Shown here: piece after piece, positions 1 to 9,097 of the stretch
Layout of the letters: each line of letters starts with the position of its first letter
How positions within the stretch are numbered: position 1 is the stretch's first letter
Source: Clostridiaceae bacterium
GTDB taxonomy: Bacteria; Bacillota; Clostridia; Clostridiales; Clostridiaceae
Assembly (NCBI GenBank): GCA_029219285.1
Contig: JAQXTC010000131.1
Coordinates: forward strand, 9,758 to 73,757
Length of the DNA: 64,000 bases
Direction: 5' to 3'
Notes under the pieces: generated by a model
What the model saw: only the letters and a program-made list of their open reading frames with translations
Database searches by the model: none
What the model was told of the DNA's origin: nothing
Made by a program: the position numbers and the translations under genes

Positions 1-1
1 A

Positions 2-1138
2 CTTAATGGAAAGCCTATATCAATAAAAGAAAATGAAAAAAGTGTTATAGAAAAAGCTTATGAAGATGGTACTGTAAGAGTTAGACCTCCTAAAACTAGA
101 ACCGGAAAGAAAATAGCAATTGTTGGATCAGGACCTGCTGGACTTGCAGCAGCTGACCAACTTAATAAACGTGGACATGAAGTTACTGTTTTTGAAAGAG
201 AAGACAGAGTTGGTGGCTTATTAATGTATGGAATACCTAATATGAAGCTTGAGAAACAAGTTGTTGAACGTAAAGTTGGAATTATGAAGGCTGAAGGTGT
301 TAAGTTTATTACTGGAGCAAACATAGGTTCAACATATAAGGCTAATAAGCTTATAAAAGAATATGATAGTGTTATATTAGCTTGTGGTGCATCAAATCCA
401 AGAGATATAAAAGTACCTGGTAGAGAAGCTAAAGGAATATATTTTGCTGTTGATTTCTTAAAATCGACAACAAAGAGTCTATTAAATTCTAATTTAGAAG
501 AAGGAACTTATATCTCAGCTAAAGGGAAAAAAGTAATAGTAATTGGTGGTGGAGATACAGGTAATGACTGTGTTGGAACATGTGTCCGTCATGGTGCTGA
601 ATCTGTACTTCAATTAGAAATGATGCCAAAACTTCCAGATGAGAGAACTGAAAGTAATCCATGGCCTGAATGGCCTAGAGTCTGCAAAACAGACTATGGT
701 CAAGAAGAAGCAATAGCAGTCTATGGACATGATCCAAGAGTATATCAAACTACTGTAAAAGAATTTATTGCTAATGAGGCAGGAAATCTTTGCAAAGTTA
801 AACTTGTGAAACTTGAATCTAAGAAAGACGAAAAGACTGGTAGAAGAATGATGGTAGAAGTTGAAGGATCAGAGTATACAGTGGAAGCTGATTTAGTTTT
901 AATAGCTGCAGGATTCTTAGGAAGTGAAAGTTATGTAACGAAAGCTTTTAATGTAGACTTGAATCCAAGAACTAATGTATTAACTGAACCAGGAAAATAT
1001 GCAACAAGTGTAGATAAAGTATTTACAGCAGGTGATATGCATAGGGGTCAATCTTTAGTAGTTTGGGCTATAAAAGAAGGTAGAGAAGCAGCTAAAGAAG
1101 TTGATTGTAGTTTAATGGGATACACTAACTTAGAATAA
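2..1138 (+). CDS. gltD: glutamate synthase (NADPH) small subunit / GltD-family oxidoreductase, 5'-truncated by window edge
   Basis: Frame 2 is open from base 2 (my translation LNGKPISIKENEK...KIAIVGSGPAGLAAADQL, a GxGxxG dinucleotide fold). It runs into listed ORF 224..1138, which has a second motif VIVIGGGDTGNDCVGT. Stop at 1136-1138. Confidence 0.85.
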   Translation, partial: LNGKPISIKENEKSVIEKAYEDGTVRVRPPKTRTGKKIAIVGSGPAGLAAADQLNKRGHEVTVFEREDRVGGLLMYGIPNMKLEKQVVERKVGIMKAEGVKFITGANIGSTYKANKLIKEYDSVILACGASNPRDIKVPGREAKGIYFAVDFLKSTTKSLLNSNLEEGTYISAKGKKVIVIGGGDTGNDCVGTCVRHGAESVLQLEMMPKLPDERTESNPWPEWPRVCKTDYGQEEAIAVYGHDPRVYQTTVKEFIANEAGNLCKVKLVKLESKKDEKTGRRMMVEVEGSEYTVEADLVLIAAGFLGSESYVTKAFNVDLNPRTNVLTEPGKYATSVDKVFTAGDMHRGQSLVVWAIKEGREAAKEVDCSLMGYTNLE

Positions 1139-1149
1139 TTTTAATATGT

Positions 1150-1198
1150 AGGACTATTGCTATTTGCCATTAGAGCATTTAGCAATAGTCCTTTTTTT
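1150..1198 (+). terminator. intrinsic terminator after gltD
   Basis: 12-bp perfect stem AGGACTATTGCT (1150-1161) / AGCAATAGTCCT (1181-1192), followed by a T7 run. Confidence 0.8.
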
Positions 1199-1267
1199 AA
1201 CATTTAGTATAAAGTGCTTTTAGAAAATTAAAATGCAATGGAATATGAGTGAGTTAGGAGGAATAAT

Positions 1268-2149
1268 ATGAGATCTGAGATAGAAATGATGGAGTTAATT
1301 TTAAGAGTAGCTAGGGAAGATGAAAGGATTAGAGCTGTGTATTTAAATGGTTCAAGAACTAACCCTAATGCAGATAAGGATATTTTTCAAGATTATGATG
1401 TGGTTTATGTTGTAAAGGAAACTGAAAGCTTTATTAAGGATGAATCTTGGATTGATATTTTTGGTGAAAGGTTATACATGCAAAAGCCAGAAGAAATGGA
1501 TTTAATAGTGGGATGGGAATGTAATATTGAGAAATCCTATGGATACTTAATTCAATTTAAAGATGGTAATCGTATGGATTTACATGTTCAGACAGAAGAT
1601 TTGTGTATAAAGGAGGTTAAGGAAGATAGACTTACAAAGATATTAATGGATAAGGATAATATTTTACCGGTTATAGATGAGGCTTCTGATAAAGATCATT
1701 GGGTTAAAAAACCAACAGGAAAACTGTTCTTTAGATGTTGCAATGAGTTCCATTGGTGTTTAAATAATGTGGCAAAAGGGCTATGGAGACAAGAAGTTAC
1801 CTATGCAATGGATATGATTAATTATTGTGTAAGACCAGAACTTTTAAATATGATTTCATGGTATGCAGGAATGAAAAATGATTTTAAAATTAGTGTAGGG
1901 AAATCGGGAAAATATCTAAATAAATTTATTACCAAAGAAATGTGGGATAAATATTTAAAGACTTACTCTACTGTAGAGATTAACAAAGTATGGGATTCAG
2001 TTTTTATAATGTGTGAGTTATTTGAAGAGGTATCTAAAGAAATTGCTCATGAATTTGGGTTTGAGTATAATAAGGAGGAGGCAAAAAATAGTTTGTACTA
2101 TTTAAAAAATGTCTATAATTTACCTAAAAATGCAAAAGAGGTAATGTAA
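1268..2149 (+). CDS. aadK: aminoglycoside 6-adenylyltransferase, ANT(6)/AadK-like (streptomycin nucleotidyltransferase family)
   Basis: 293 aa. N-terminus MRSEIEMMELILRVAREDERIRAVYLNGSRTNPN...FQDYDVVYVV and later CCNEFHWCLNNVAKGL closely track my recollection of B. subtilis AadK. GGAGG lies 6 nt upstream. Confidence 0.75.
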   Translation: MRSEIEMMELILRVAREDERIRAVYLNGSRTNPNADKDIFQDYDVVYVVKETESFIKDESWIDIFGERLYMQKPEEMDLIVGWECNIEKSYGYLIQFKDGNRMDLHVQTEDLCIKEVKEDRLTKILMDKDNILPVIDEASDKDHWVKKPTGKLFFRCCNEFHWCLNNVAKGLWRQEVTYAMDMINYCVRPELLNMISWYAGMKNDFKISVGKSGKYLNKFITKEMWDKYLKTYSTVEINKVWDSVFIMCELFEEVSKEIAHEFGFEYNKEEAKNSLYYLKNVYNLPKNAKEVM

Positions 2150-2178
2150 CTAAGCTTTAAAAAAAGGAGTTTAATGTA

Positions 2179-3390
2179 ATGGAAAGAACATCAAGAGTAG
2201 ATAGCAGAATTAAGAGATTACAACTAGAAATACAAAAAGGAAATAACGAAGCAGAAAATGAATTTTTAGATTATTTAAAAGTAAAGGGTGCGCCATTAAT
2301 TGAAAAAATTCCTGATGATGAAGTTTATGATTTAGTTACGATTATATATAGAGAAAAGAAACCTTGTAGTAATGTGGTACTTATACCACCAGTAGGAATG
2401 AGAAAACTTGAAAATTGTATTATGGATAAGATTGAAGGCACAAGTATTTGGTATATAGCTTATAAGGTAGAAAAAGATATAAGATTTAGCTATCAATTTT
2501 CGCCTAATGATCCATTAGATAAGGATTGGAACAGAAGATGGAGACATGTTGAAGGCGATGAATTTAATAAAAATAATTTGAATTTTAAGGGCAAAATTAA
2601 TAATAAATACAAGCTTGTACCTTATGTAATTATGGAAAAATCGAAGCCACAAATATGGATAAAAGAAAATAAAGAATCAGTAGAAGGCAGTATAGAACAT
2701 CTAAAAATACACAGTGATATTTTAGATGAAGATAGGGATATTACAATATATAAACCAGCGGATTTTGATATTAAGAAGGAGTATGGATTATTAGTATTAA
2801 ATGATGGTTTTGAATATATAAATATTCTTTCAGCATTAAATGTTCTAGATAACTTAATTTCAAGCAAAAAGATAAGACCATTAATAGCAGTATTTATTGA
2901 TTCTACTTTAAAAAGAGGAGAAGATATGAAATGTAGTGATATCTATGCCGATTTTATTGTAAATGAAGTTGTGAAATTTGTTAAAGATAAATATAAGATA
3001 TCTAAACTATCTGCAGACAATATTATTGGAGGTTATAGTTTAGGTGGGCTACAAGCTGCTTATACTGCTTTGAAACATTCGGAGGTTTTCGGTAATGTAT
3101 TATCACAATCAGGTTCATACTGGTATAAAAGAGATGACTACAATAATGATAATGTTACATGGATGAGTAGTCAATTCAAAAAGTTAGATAAAATGCCTAT
3201 TAAGTTTTATATAAATGTAGGAAGTATAGAACCTAAAGTCTCCATGATTGATACAAATGTAGAGTTTAAAAACACATTGATTTCTCTTGGATATGAAGTT
3301 GATTTTGAAGAGTTTGGTAGTGGTCATGATTATTTATGTTGGGGAGAAACATTAGCTGAAGGGTTAATTAAATTAGTTGGAATAGATTAA
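2179..3390 (+). CDS. enterochelin-esterase-like alpha/beta hydrolase (putative esterase family)
   Basis: 403 aa. Nucleophile elbow GGYSLGG and C-terminal GSGHDYLCW (catalytic His-type motif). The extra N-terminal domain of about 200 aa resembles Fes/IroE-type esterases. Confidence 0.65.
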   Translation: MERTSRVDSRIKRLQLEIQKGNNEAENEFLDYLKVKGAPLIEKIPDDEVYDLVTIIYREKKPCSNVVLIPPVGMRKLENCIMDKIEGTSIWYIAYKVEKDIRFSYQFSPNDPLDKDWNRRWRHVEGDEFNKNNLNFKGKINNKYKLVPYVIMEKSKPQIWIKENKESVEGSIEHLKIHSDILDEDRDITIYKPADFDIKKEYGLLVLNDGFEYINILSALNVLDNLISSKKIRPLIAVFIDSTLKRGEDMKCSDIYADFIVNEVVKFVKDKYKISKLSADNIIGGYSLGGLQAAYTALKHSEVFGNVLSQSGSYWYKRDDYNNDNVTWMSSQFKKLDKMPIKFYINVGSIEPKVSMIDTNVEFKNTLISLGYEVDFEEFGSGHDYLCWGETLAEGLIKLVGID

Positions 3391-3400
3391 TTGTATAAAA

Positions 3401-3437
3401 GTCTCAAGGTATATAATACTTTGAGGCTGATTTTTTT
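3401..3437 (+). terminator. intrinsic terminator
   Basis: Stem GTCTCAAGGTA / TACTTTGAGGC (one mismatch, one G-U), followed by a T7 run at 3431-3437. Confidence 0.7.
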
Positions 3438-3495
3438 GCATTGGATTGAAATAAATGCTATAATTTGAAGAATATGTAGAATAGGGAGGAATAGG

Positions 3496-4065
3496 ATGGA
3501 AGATTTAATATTAATTAAACCCAATGAATCATATGCAGAGGAAATAATTGCTTTTAGAAATGAATTTTTAAAGACAGGAAGTTCTATGGATGGATGCGGT
3601 TCATTAAGACGTCATTCTAATCCAAAGGATTGGCTAAATTTCAATAGAATTTTAGAAGATAAAGAAACAGTTCCTGATAATTGGGTGCAGAGTTCTCAAT
3701 ATATTTATGTGAGAAAAGCAGATAGAAAAATAATAGGTATGATTCAAGTAAGACATTATTTTAATGATTACTTAGAAAAGTTTGCCGGAAATATTGGTTA
3801 TTCTATACGACCTAGTGAAAGACGAAAGGGATATGCAACATCAATGCTTCATGATTTTTTACCATTTTGTAAAGTATTAGGGTTGAATAAAATATTAATT
3901 TCATGTGAAGAGAATAATGAAGGAAGTCGTAAAACAATTATAGCTAACGGTGGAGTATATGAAAGTACTGTTTTAGATACAGTGGATAATGAATATTTGC
4001 AACGTTATTGGATTGATTTAGAAAAAGTAGAACCAAAAAAAGAATTAAGTGAAATGACGTTGTAA
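3496..4065 (+). CDS. GNAT family N-acetyltransferase
   Basis: 189 aa. Acetyl-CoA motif-A-like IRPSERRKGYATSML. AGGGAGG SD upstream. Confidence 0.75.
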   Translation: MEDLILIKPNESYAEEIIAFRNEFLKTGSSMDGCGSLRRHSNPKDWLNFNRILEDKETVPDNWVQSSQYIYVRKADRKIIGMIQVRHYFNDYLEKFAGNIGYSIRPSERRKGYATSMLHDFLPFCKVLGLNKILISCEENNEGSRKTIIANGGVYESTVLDTVDNEYLQRYWIDLEKVEPKKELSEMTL

Positions 4066-4070
4066 GAGCT

Positions 4071-4608
4071 ATGGCAGCTTTTTCCTATAATTCTTAAAGA
4101 GCACAATCCTAAATATAAAGATTGGTATGAAATAGAAAAGAATAAGTTAATGGATGAATTTGGACAAGAAGTATTAAGGATTAATCACATTGGAAGTACA
4201 TCTGTAAAGGGATTAATTGCTAAGCCTACAGTTGATATACTAATGGAAATTTCAAAGGAAACTAATATTAATGAATTAAAGCAAAAATTATTATCTATGG
4301 GGTGGCTGCTTATGAATTCAACCACATCACCAAAGTTTAGACAAACCTATAATAAGGGCTACACAAAATTTGGGTTTGCAGAAAAAGTCTATCATCTACA
4401 TGTTAGATATAGAGATGATTGGAATGAGTTATATTTTAGAGATTATCTTAGGGAATACCCAGAAGTAGCAAAGGAATACGGAAAACTAAAATTAAGCATT
4501 TTTAAAAAGTATGAACATGATCGTGATGGATATACTGAAGCAAAAAGTGATTTCATTTTAAAGATTACAGAAAAAGCTAGGGGTGAATACGGAAATAGAT
4601 ATATTTAA
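4071..4608 (+). pseudogene. GrpB family (UPF0157, minimal nucleotidyltransferase fold) protein; start codon separated from body by a 1-nt frameshift in a T5 run
   Basis: Listed ORF 4150..4608 carries the GrpB hallmark INHIGSTSVKGLIAKPTVDIL. The same frame is open back to the upstream TAA (4063-4065) and reads LWQLFPIILKEHNPKYKDWYEIEKNKL (GrpB-like N-terminus), but has no start codon. ATG 4071 is in the other frame. Deleting one T of 4079-4083 gives MAAFPIILKEHNPKYKDWYE... Confidence 0.55.
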
Positions 4609-4739
4609 TTAACAACTTTATCCAAAGGGGGATAAAAGTATACAATTTGAAATTGATGAAAATAATGAAATGAATAATATTATGGAAATAATTAAGATGT
4701 TAGATAACTTAAAAACTTATATTTAAGAGGTACTAATAC

Positions 4740-5261
4740 ATGAAAGAACATACAATAATGATTTTTCCAAAGTTTAAAAACATACAATTAATTGATGAAA
4801 TAAGAATAAAATACGATCCTTTGGCTAAATTAGTAGAACCCCATTTAACATTGGTTTTTCCTTTTAAGAGTGAATTAACTGATGAAGAAATTTTAAGAGG
4901 AATTTGTAGTTCATTAGATAAGGTTAGTAAGTTTAAGCTGACGTTGAAGGGGATAGAGAAAAGTAGTGATAGCTATGGAAATTATATATTTCTTAAAGTA
5001 AAAGAAGGAAATGATGAAATAGTTAATTTGCATGATAGATTGTATGAAGGAATATTTAAAAAATATAAAGTTGATATCCCATATGTACCTCATATGACAG
5101 TAGGAAATTTAAAAACTGTTAAGGAAATGGAGTTGGCTTATAAAGAACTTAAAAATAATAATTATCAATTTGAGACAATAGTAGATACTATATCGGTTGA
5201 GATGATTGGAGAAAATGGAGAATCAATTGTTAATATTAACTACAAATTAGATGATATTTGA
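4740..5261 (+). CDS. 2H phosphoesterase superfamily protein (2'-5' RNA ligase/LigT-like)
   Basis: 173 aa with the two H-x-T/S-x motifs of the 2H fold: EPHLTLVFPF and VPHMTVGN. Confidence 0.7.
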   Translation: MKEHTIMIFPKFKNIQLIDEIRIKYDPLAKLVEPHLTLVFPFKSELTDEEILRGICSSLDKVSKFKLTLKGIEKSSDSYGNYIFLKVKEGNDEIVNLHDRLYEGIFKKYKVDIPYVPHMTVGNLKTVKEMELAYKELKNNNYQFETIVDTISVEMIGENGESIVNINYKLDDI

Positions 5262-5298
5262 TAAAAAGCATGTTGATATTTAAAAGTTGGAGGATGGA

Positions 5299-5976
5299 AT
5301 GAAGAACATTGGAATGATTGTGGCAGTTGAAATAGATGCGGCACTAAATGAATTAGGAACAACAATTGAAGAATCAAAATATAAAGGCTATTCAGTTTAT
5401 AAATGCATGATAGGAGAAAACAATTTATTTATTGTACATAGTGGTGCAGGGGAGATTGCAGCAGCTATGACAACACAGTTTCTAATATCTCAATTTAATG
5501 TAGATATAATTGTGAACTTTGGTGTTGTTGGTGGTTTAACACAAAAAATGAAATTAGCCAAAACATGCATTGTGGAGAATGTTGTTCATTATGATTTTGA
5601 TACTTCAGAAGCGGATAATTGTGAGGTAGGAAGATATCTTAATTATCCAACTGTATATATACCAACAACAAAAGAAATCTTAGATAAGGCACTTAAAATA
5701 GAACCATCATTAAGAAAAGTTATTTGTGCATCAGGTGATAAGTTTATTGCTGATAAAGGAAGAAAAGAACAGTTACACAAACTTTTTAATGCAGATATTT
5801 GCGAAATGGAGGCAGCTGGGATTGTACTGACATGTAATAAAAATAAGGTGCCATGTTTATTAATAAAAACTGTATCGGATAGTATAAATGGAGGTGTGGA
5901 TGAATTTAATAAATCTGTTAATGAATCTGCAAAAATTTGTATAAGGATAACTAATAAAATTTTGAATAACATTTAA
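5299..5976 (+). CDS. nucleoside phosphorylase-I family protein, MTA/SAH-nucleosidase-like paralogue
   Basis: MKNIGMIVAVEIDA..., HSGAGEIAAAMTT, CEMEAAGI (the MtnN-type catalytic Glu region). Start moved to ATG 5299 because GGAGGA sits at 5289-5294; the listed TTG 5287 overlaps that SD. Confidence 0.65.
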   Translation: MKNIGMIVAVEIDAALNELGTTIEESKYKGYSVYKCMIGENNLFIVHSGAGEIAAAMTTQFLISQFNVDIIVNFGVVGGLTQKMKLAKTCIVENVVHYDFDTSEADNCEVGRYLNYPTVYIPTTKEILDKALKIEPSLRKVICASGDKFIADKGRKEQLHKLFNADICEMEAAGIVLTCNKNKVPCLLIKTVSDSINGGVDEFNKSVNESAKICIRITNKILNNI

Positions 5977-6007
5977 TTAAATAGATAGGATAGAGGAGAA
6001 TATAAAG

Positions 6008-6526
6008 ATGAGAATTGAAACTAATAGATTAATAATAAGAAATTTTGAATTAAAAGATGAAAAAGATTTATGTGAATATATGCTACAAAGAGTTAATGCT
6101 GAATTTGAAAGATATGAAGGCTTTACTGAGGAGCACGCTAAGGATGAAATTGAGTATAGATCACAAAGTGATGAATTTTATGCTATAGAACTAAAAGAAA
6201 GCAATAAGGTTATAGGTAATATTTACTTAGGAAAAAGGGATTTTAATTCTAGAGAGTTAGGTTATGTATTGAATGAAAATTATCAGAATAAAGGTTATGG
6301 AAGTGAAGCAGCCAAAGAAGTAGTTAAGTATTTCTTAAAAAATGGAGTGCACAGAATTTTTGCAGAGTGTTGCCCAGATAATACTCCATCATGGAAACTT
6401 ATGGAGAAAATAGGTATGAAGCGTGAAGCGCATTTTAGAAAAAACTTTGCTCCTCGTAAAGATGAAAAAGGTAATCCAATCTATTGGGATACTTATGTAT
6501 ATGCATTATTAGATTCAGATAAATAA
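6008..6526 (+). CDS. GNAT family N-acetyltransferase (RimJ/RimL-like)
   Basis: 172 aa. N-terminal IETNRLIIRNFELKD pattern typical of RimJ/L-type GNATs. Motif A QNKGYGSEAAKE. Confidence 0.75.
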   Translation: MRIETNRLIIRNFELKDEKDLCEYMLQRVNAEFERYEGFTEEHAKDEIEYRSQSDEFYAIELKESNKVIGNIYLGKRDFNSRELGYVLNENYQNKGYGSEAAKEVVKYFLKNGVHRIFAECCPDNTPSWKLMEKIGMKREAHFRKNFAPRKDEKGNPIYWDTYVYALLDSDK

Positions 6527-6540
6527 TATAGGAGGAAAAT

Positions 6541-7002
6541 ATGATATATAGAATTGAGGATAAAGACAAAAAAAGGAAAATTGCAAGGGAAATATTGAAC
6601 AAACTTCCTGAGTGGTTTGGATTACCTGATAGTGTAGATGAATATGTAAAATGTAGTAAGGATATGCCATTTTGGGCAGATATAGAAGAGGAATGTACAA
6701 GAGGTTTTATTGCCTTAAAAGAAACTAGTAAATTCACTGTTGAAATTTATGTTATGGGCGTGCTTAAAGAATTTCATCGAAATAAAATTGGACAAAATTT
6801 ATTTAAAGTCTGTTACGAATATGCAAAAGAACATGGATACTTATTTATGCAAGTAAAGACGGTAAAAGAAGGTAAGTATCATGAATATGATGAGACTAAT
6901 AAGTTTTATCAAAAAATAGGCTTTAAAGAATTTGAATGTTTCTCTACACTTTGGGATGAATGGAATCCATGTCAAGTTTATGTTATGGCTATAGAGGTAT
7001 AA
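6541..7002 (+). CDS. GNAT family N-acetyltransferase
   Basis: 153 aa. Motif-A-like HRNKIGQNLF and C-terminal FYQKIGFKEF. 14-nt gap with AGGAGG after the previous GNAT. Confidence 0.7.
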   Translation: MIYRIEDKDKKRKIAREILNKLPEWFGLPDSVDEYVKCSKDMPFWADIEEECTRGFIALKETSKFTVEIYVMGVLKEFHRNKIGQNLFKVCYEYAKEHGYLFMQVKTVKEGKYHEYDETNKFYQKIGFKEFECFSTLWDEWNPCQVYVMAIEV

Positions 7003-7006
7003 TATA

Positions 7007-7777
7007 ATGAGTGTATATAGAGTGATTAATAAGAAATGTATAGAGCATTTATTTTGTGGCTGGAATGAAACATTAATTTGGTCATGCTTAGAAGATATTA
7101 TGGGACAAGCTTATGCAGAAAACATAGATGAACCTAAATCTGCTCAAATTTTGATAGGAGATTTTTGCTTCTTTAGTGGTAAGCCTAATAAAGAACTAAT
7201 TAAGAATAAACCGAAAGATTGTAAGAGTGATTTTATTATTATGATTCCTCAAAATGAAGAATGGGCTAGGTTAATAGAAGATGCATATAAAGAGAATGCT
7301 ACAAAAGTAAAACGTTATGCTATAAAAAAAGAGCCAGATGTATTTGATTTGGATAAGTTAAATAATATAGTATCAAGAATAGATGAATCATTTGAACTTC
7401 GTATGGTTAATGAAGAATTATACAATCAAGTAATTAGTAATGAATGGTCAAAAGATTTATGTTCACAATTTGTTGATTATAAGGACTATAAAGAAAGAGG
7501 TATTGGTGTAGTTGCAGTAAAGGATGGTGTTATTGTATCTGGTGCTTCTTCATATACAGTCTATAGTAAAGGGATAGAAATTGAAATTGATACTCGAAAG
7601 GATTATCGACGAAGAAAATTAGCTTTAGCCTGTGGAGCAAAATTAATCTTAGAATGTTTAAAAAAAGGTTTGTATCCAAGCTGGGATGCTCAAAATAAAG
7701 AATCAGTTGCTTTAGCAGAAGCTTTAGGGTACCATTTTGATAAAGAATATATAGCATATGAAGTTTTAGGATTTTAA
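7007..7777 (+). CDS. GNAT-fold acetyltransferase, 256-aa two-lobed form
   Basis: C-terminal half IEIEIDTRKDYRRRKLALACGAKLILECLKKGLYPSWDA looks like a GNAT core. Starts 4 nt after the previous stop, so the three GNATs form an operon. Confidence 0.55.
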   Translation: MSVYRVINKKCIEHLFCGWNETLIWSCLEDIMGQAYAENIDEPKSAQILIGDFCFFSGKPNKELIKNKPKDCKSDFIIMIPQNEEWARLIEDAYKENATKVKRYAIKKEPDVFDLDKLNNIVSRIDESFELRMVNEELYNQVISNEWSKDLCSQFVDYKDYKERGIGVVAVKDGVIVSGASSYTVYSKGIEIEIDTRKDYRRRKLALACGAKLILECLKKGLYPSWDAQNKESVALAEALGYHFDKEYIAYEVLGF

Positions 7778-7790
7778 ATGAAATATGTAT

Positions 7791-7822
7791 GACTGTATCA
7801 TAATTTAATACAGTCTTTTTTT
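7791..7822 (+). terminator. intrinsic terminator between convergent genes
   Basis: Stem GACTGTAT (7791-7798) / ATACAGTC (7808-7815) followed by a T7 run that ends at the capA stop. Confidence 0.7.
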
Positions 7823-9061
7823 CTATGAATTAATAGTAGATTCAGTTGCATTGCAGGAATCATGAATTTTGTTAAACACAGGAGCTGAATAGTTAGTATC
7901 TTCTCCTGTCTTAATAATTTCTTCAACAGGTAGTATGGAATATTGCATTTTTCCGTTGTCATCAGTATGTCTATATACCCATGTAGGTTCTGCATCATAA
8001 GATTTTAAAGAAACATTATCATCAGTATCTTTATAAATTTCAAGTTTTACCATAAGTCCATCTTCGCTTCTTGCTTTGCCTATGGTTTCTTCACTTTGAT
8101 TAGATAAAAAATTTCCTAGTGAATAGCAAACTAAGGTCTCTTTTCCAGAGGTAGCATCAGTAATTTTTCTTATAGGCTCTACTACATGAGGATGACTGCC
8201 GATAATAACATCAATGCCAAAAGAATTAAGTGAATAGGCTAAAGTTTCTTGTTCTGAACTAGGTAGATTTTGATATTCATTTCCCCAATGTATATAGAAA
8301 ATAGTAAATTCAGCACCGTCTTTTTTCATATTATCTAAGGTGTTTTTCATATCACTAGTTGCTTTATCTATTTTTGCAAAATCAAAATAATTGATTTTAT
8401 CTTCTACATCGGAGGGAATTGGGATTCCATTTAGAGTTTCTTGTCCTAAGTCATCAGTTGAAGCATAGGTATATTCTGTTATGCCAACTTTTATACCATT
8501 AATATCTTTTACAATATAATTTTTATCTGAATAATCTTCTTTTAAACCATAAAGATCAAAGCCATTTTCTTTAATTGTTTTAGTTGTTAAATTAATTCCA
8601 TCACTACCCTTATCTAATGAATGATTATGAGCTGAGGTTAACCCATCAAAACCTACATTTTTTAATGAAGTTAAAAGTGATGATGGCGTATTGAAACAAG
8701 GATATCCAGAATATTCAGAGCCCTCTCCTAGATAAGATGTTTCAGAATTACATACTGAGTAATCTGAACTCGAAATAAAATCTTTTACTTTTGAGAAACA
8801 ACTATCAAAATTATAAGTACCTGTAGTTTTGTCATAAACAGAATTTACAACAGGCATATGCATAACAAGATCACCAGCGAAAGTTATGTTGCATGATTTT
8901 GGTTCTTTTTTTGGAACTTCTTCATCTTGGCTTTGGGTTAATGTATTTTTTATATTGATTGAATTGTTATTGATTTTGTTTTCCGAATAAAGTGCAGAGG
9001 CAAGTGAAAGAATTAATATTAAAAATATAGAAAAAGTAAATGATTTTTTTAATTTGGACAT
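7823..9061 (-). CDS. CapA/PGA_cap family metallophosphatase-like exported protein (poly-gamma-glutamate capsule-synthesis-like)
   Basis: 412 aa. N-terminal signal/anchor KKSFTFSIFLILILSLASALYS. Motifs FAGDLVMH, AHNHSLDKG, IGSHPHVV and HWGNEY are typical of CapA. GGAGG SD on the minus strand at 9071-9075. Confidence 0.75.
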   Translation of the reverse strand: MSKLKKSFTFSIFLILILSLASALYSENKINNNSINIKNTLTQSQDEEVPKKEPKSCNITFAGDLVMHMPVVNSVYDKTTGTYNFDSCFSKVKDFISSSDYSVCNSETSYLGEGSEYSGYPCFNTPSSLLTSLKNVGFDGLTSAHNHSLDKGSDGINLTTKTIKENGFDLYGLKEDYSDKNYIVKDINGIKVGITEYTYASTDDLGQETLNGIPIPSDVEDKINYFDFAKIDKATSDMKNTLDNMKKDGAEFTIFYIHWGNEYQNLPSSEQETLAYSLNSFGIDVIIGSHPHVVEPIRKITDATSGKETLVCYSLGNFLSNQSEETIGKARSEDGLMVKLEIYKDTDDNVSLKSYDAEPTWVYRHTDDNGKMQYSILPVEEIIKTGEDTNYSAPVFNKIHDSCNATESTINS

Positions 9062-9097
9062 ATATTTACACCTCCTTTTAGCAATATAATATCATAT

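Noticed and set aside
58-324. 88-aa minus-strand ORF inside gltD.
   Set aside because: The opposite strand encodes the GxGxxG FAD/NAD fold of GltD, so the antisense frame is a by-product.
4670-4726. 18-codon ORF MNNIMEIIKMLDNLKTYI in the GrpB / 2H-phosphoesterase intergenic region.
   Set aside because: There is no SD at usable distance (GGGGGA is about 40 nt upstream). The DNA is AT-rich, where such ORFs arise by chance, and the peptide has no recognisable feature.
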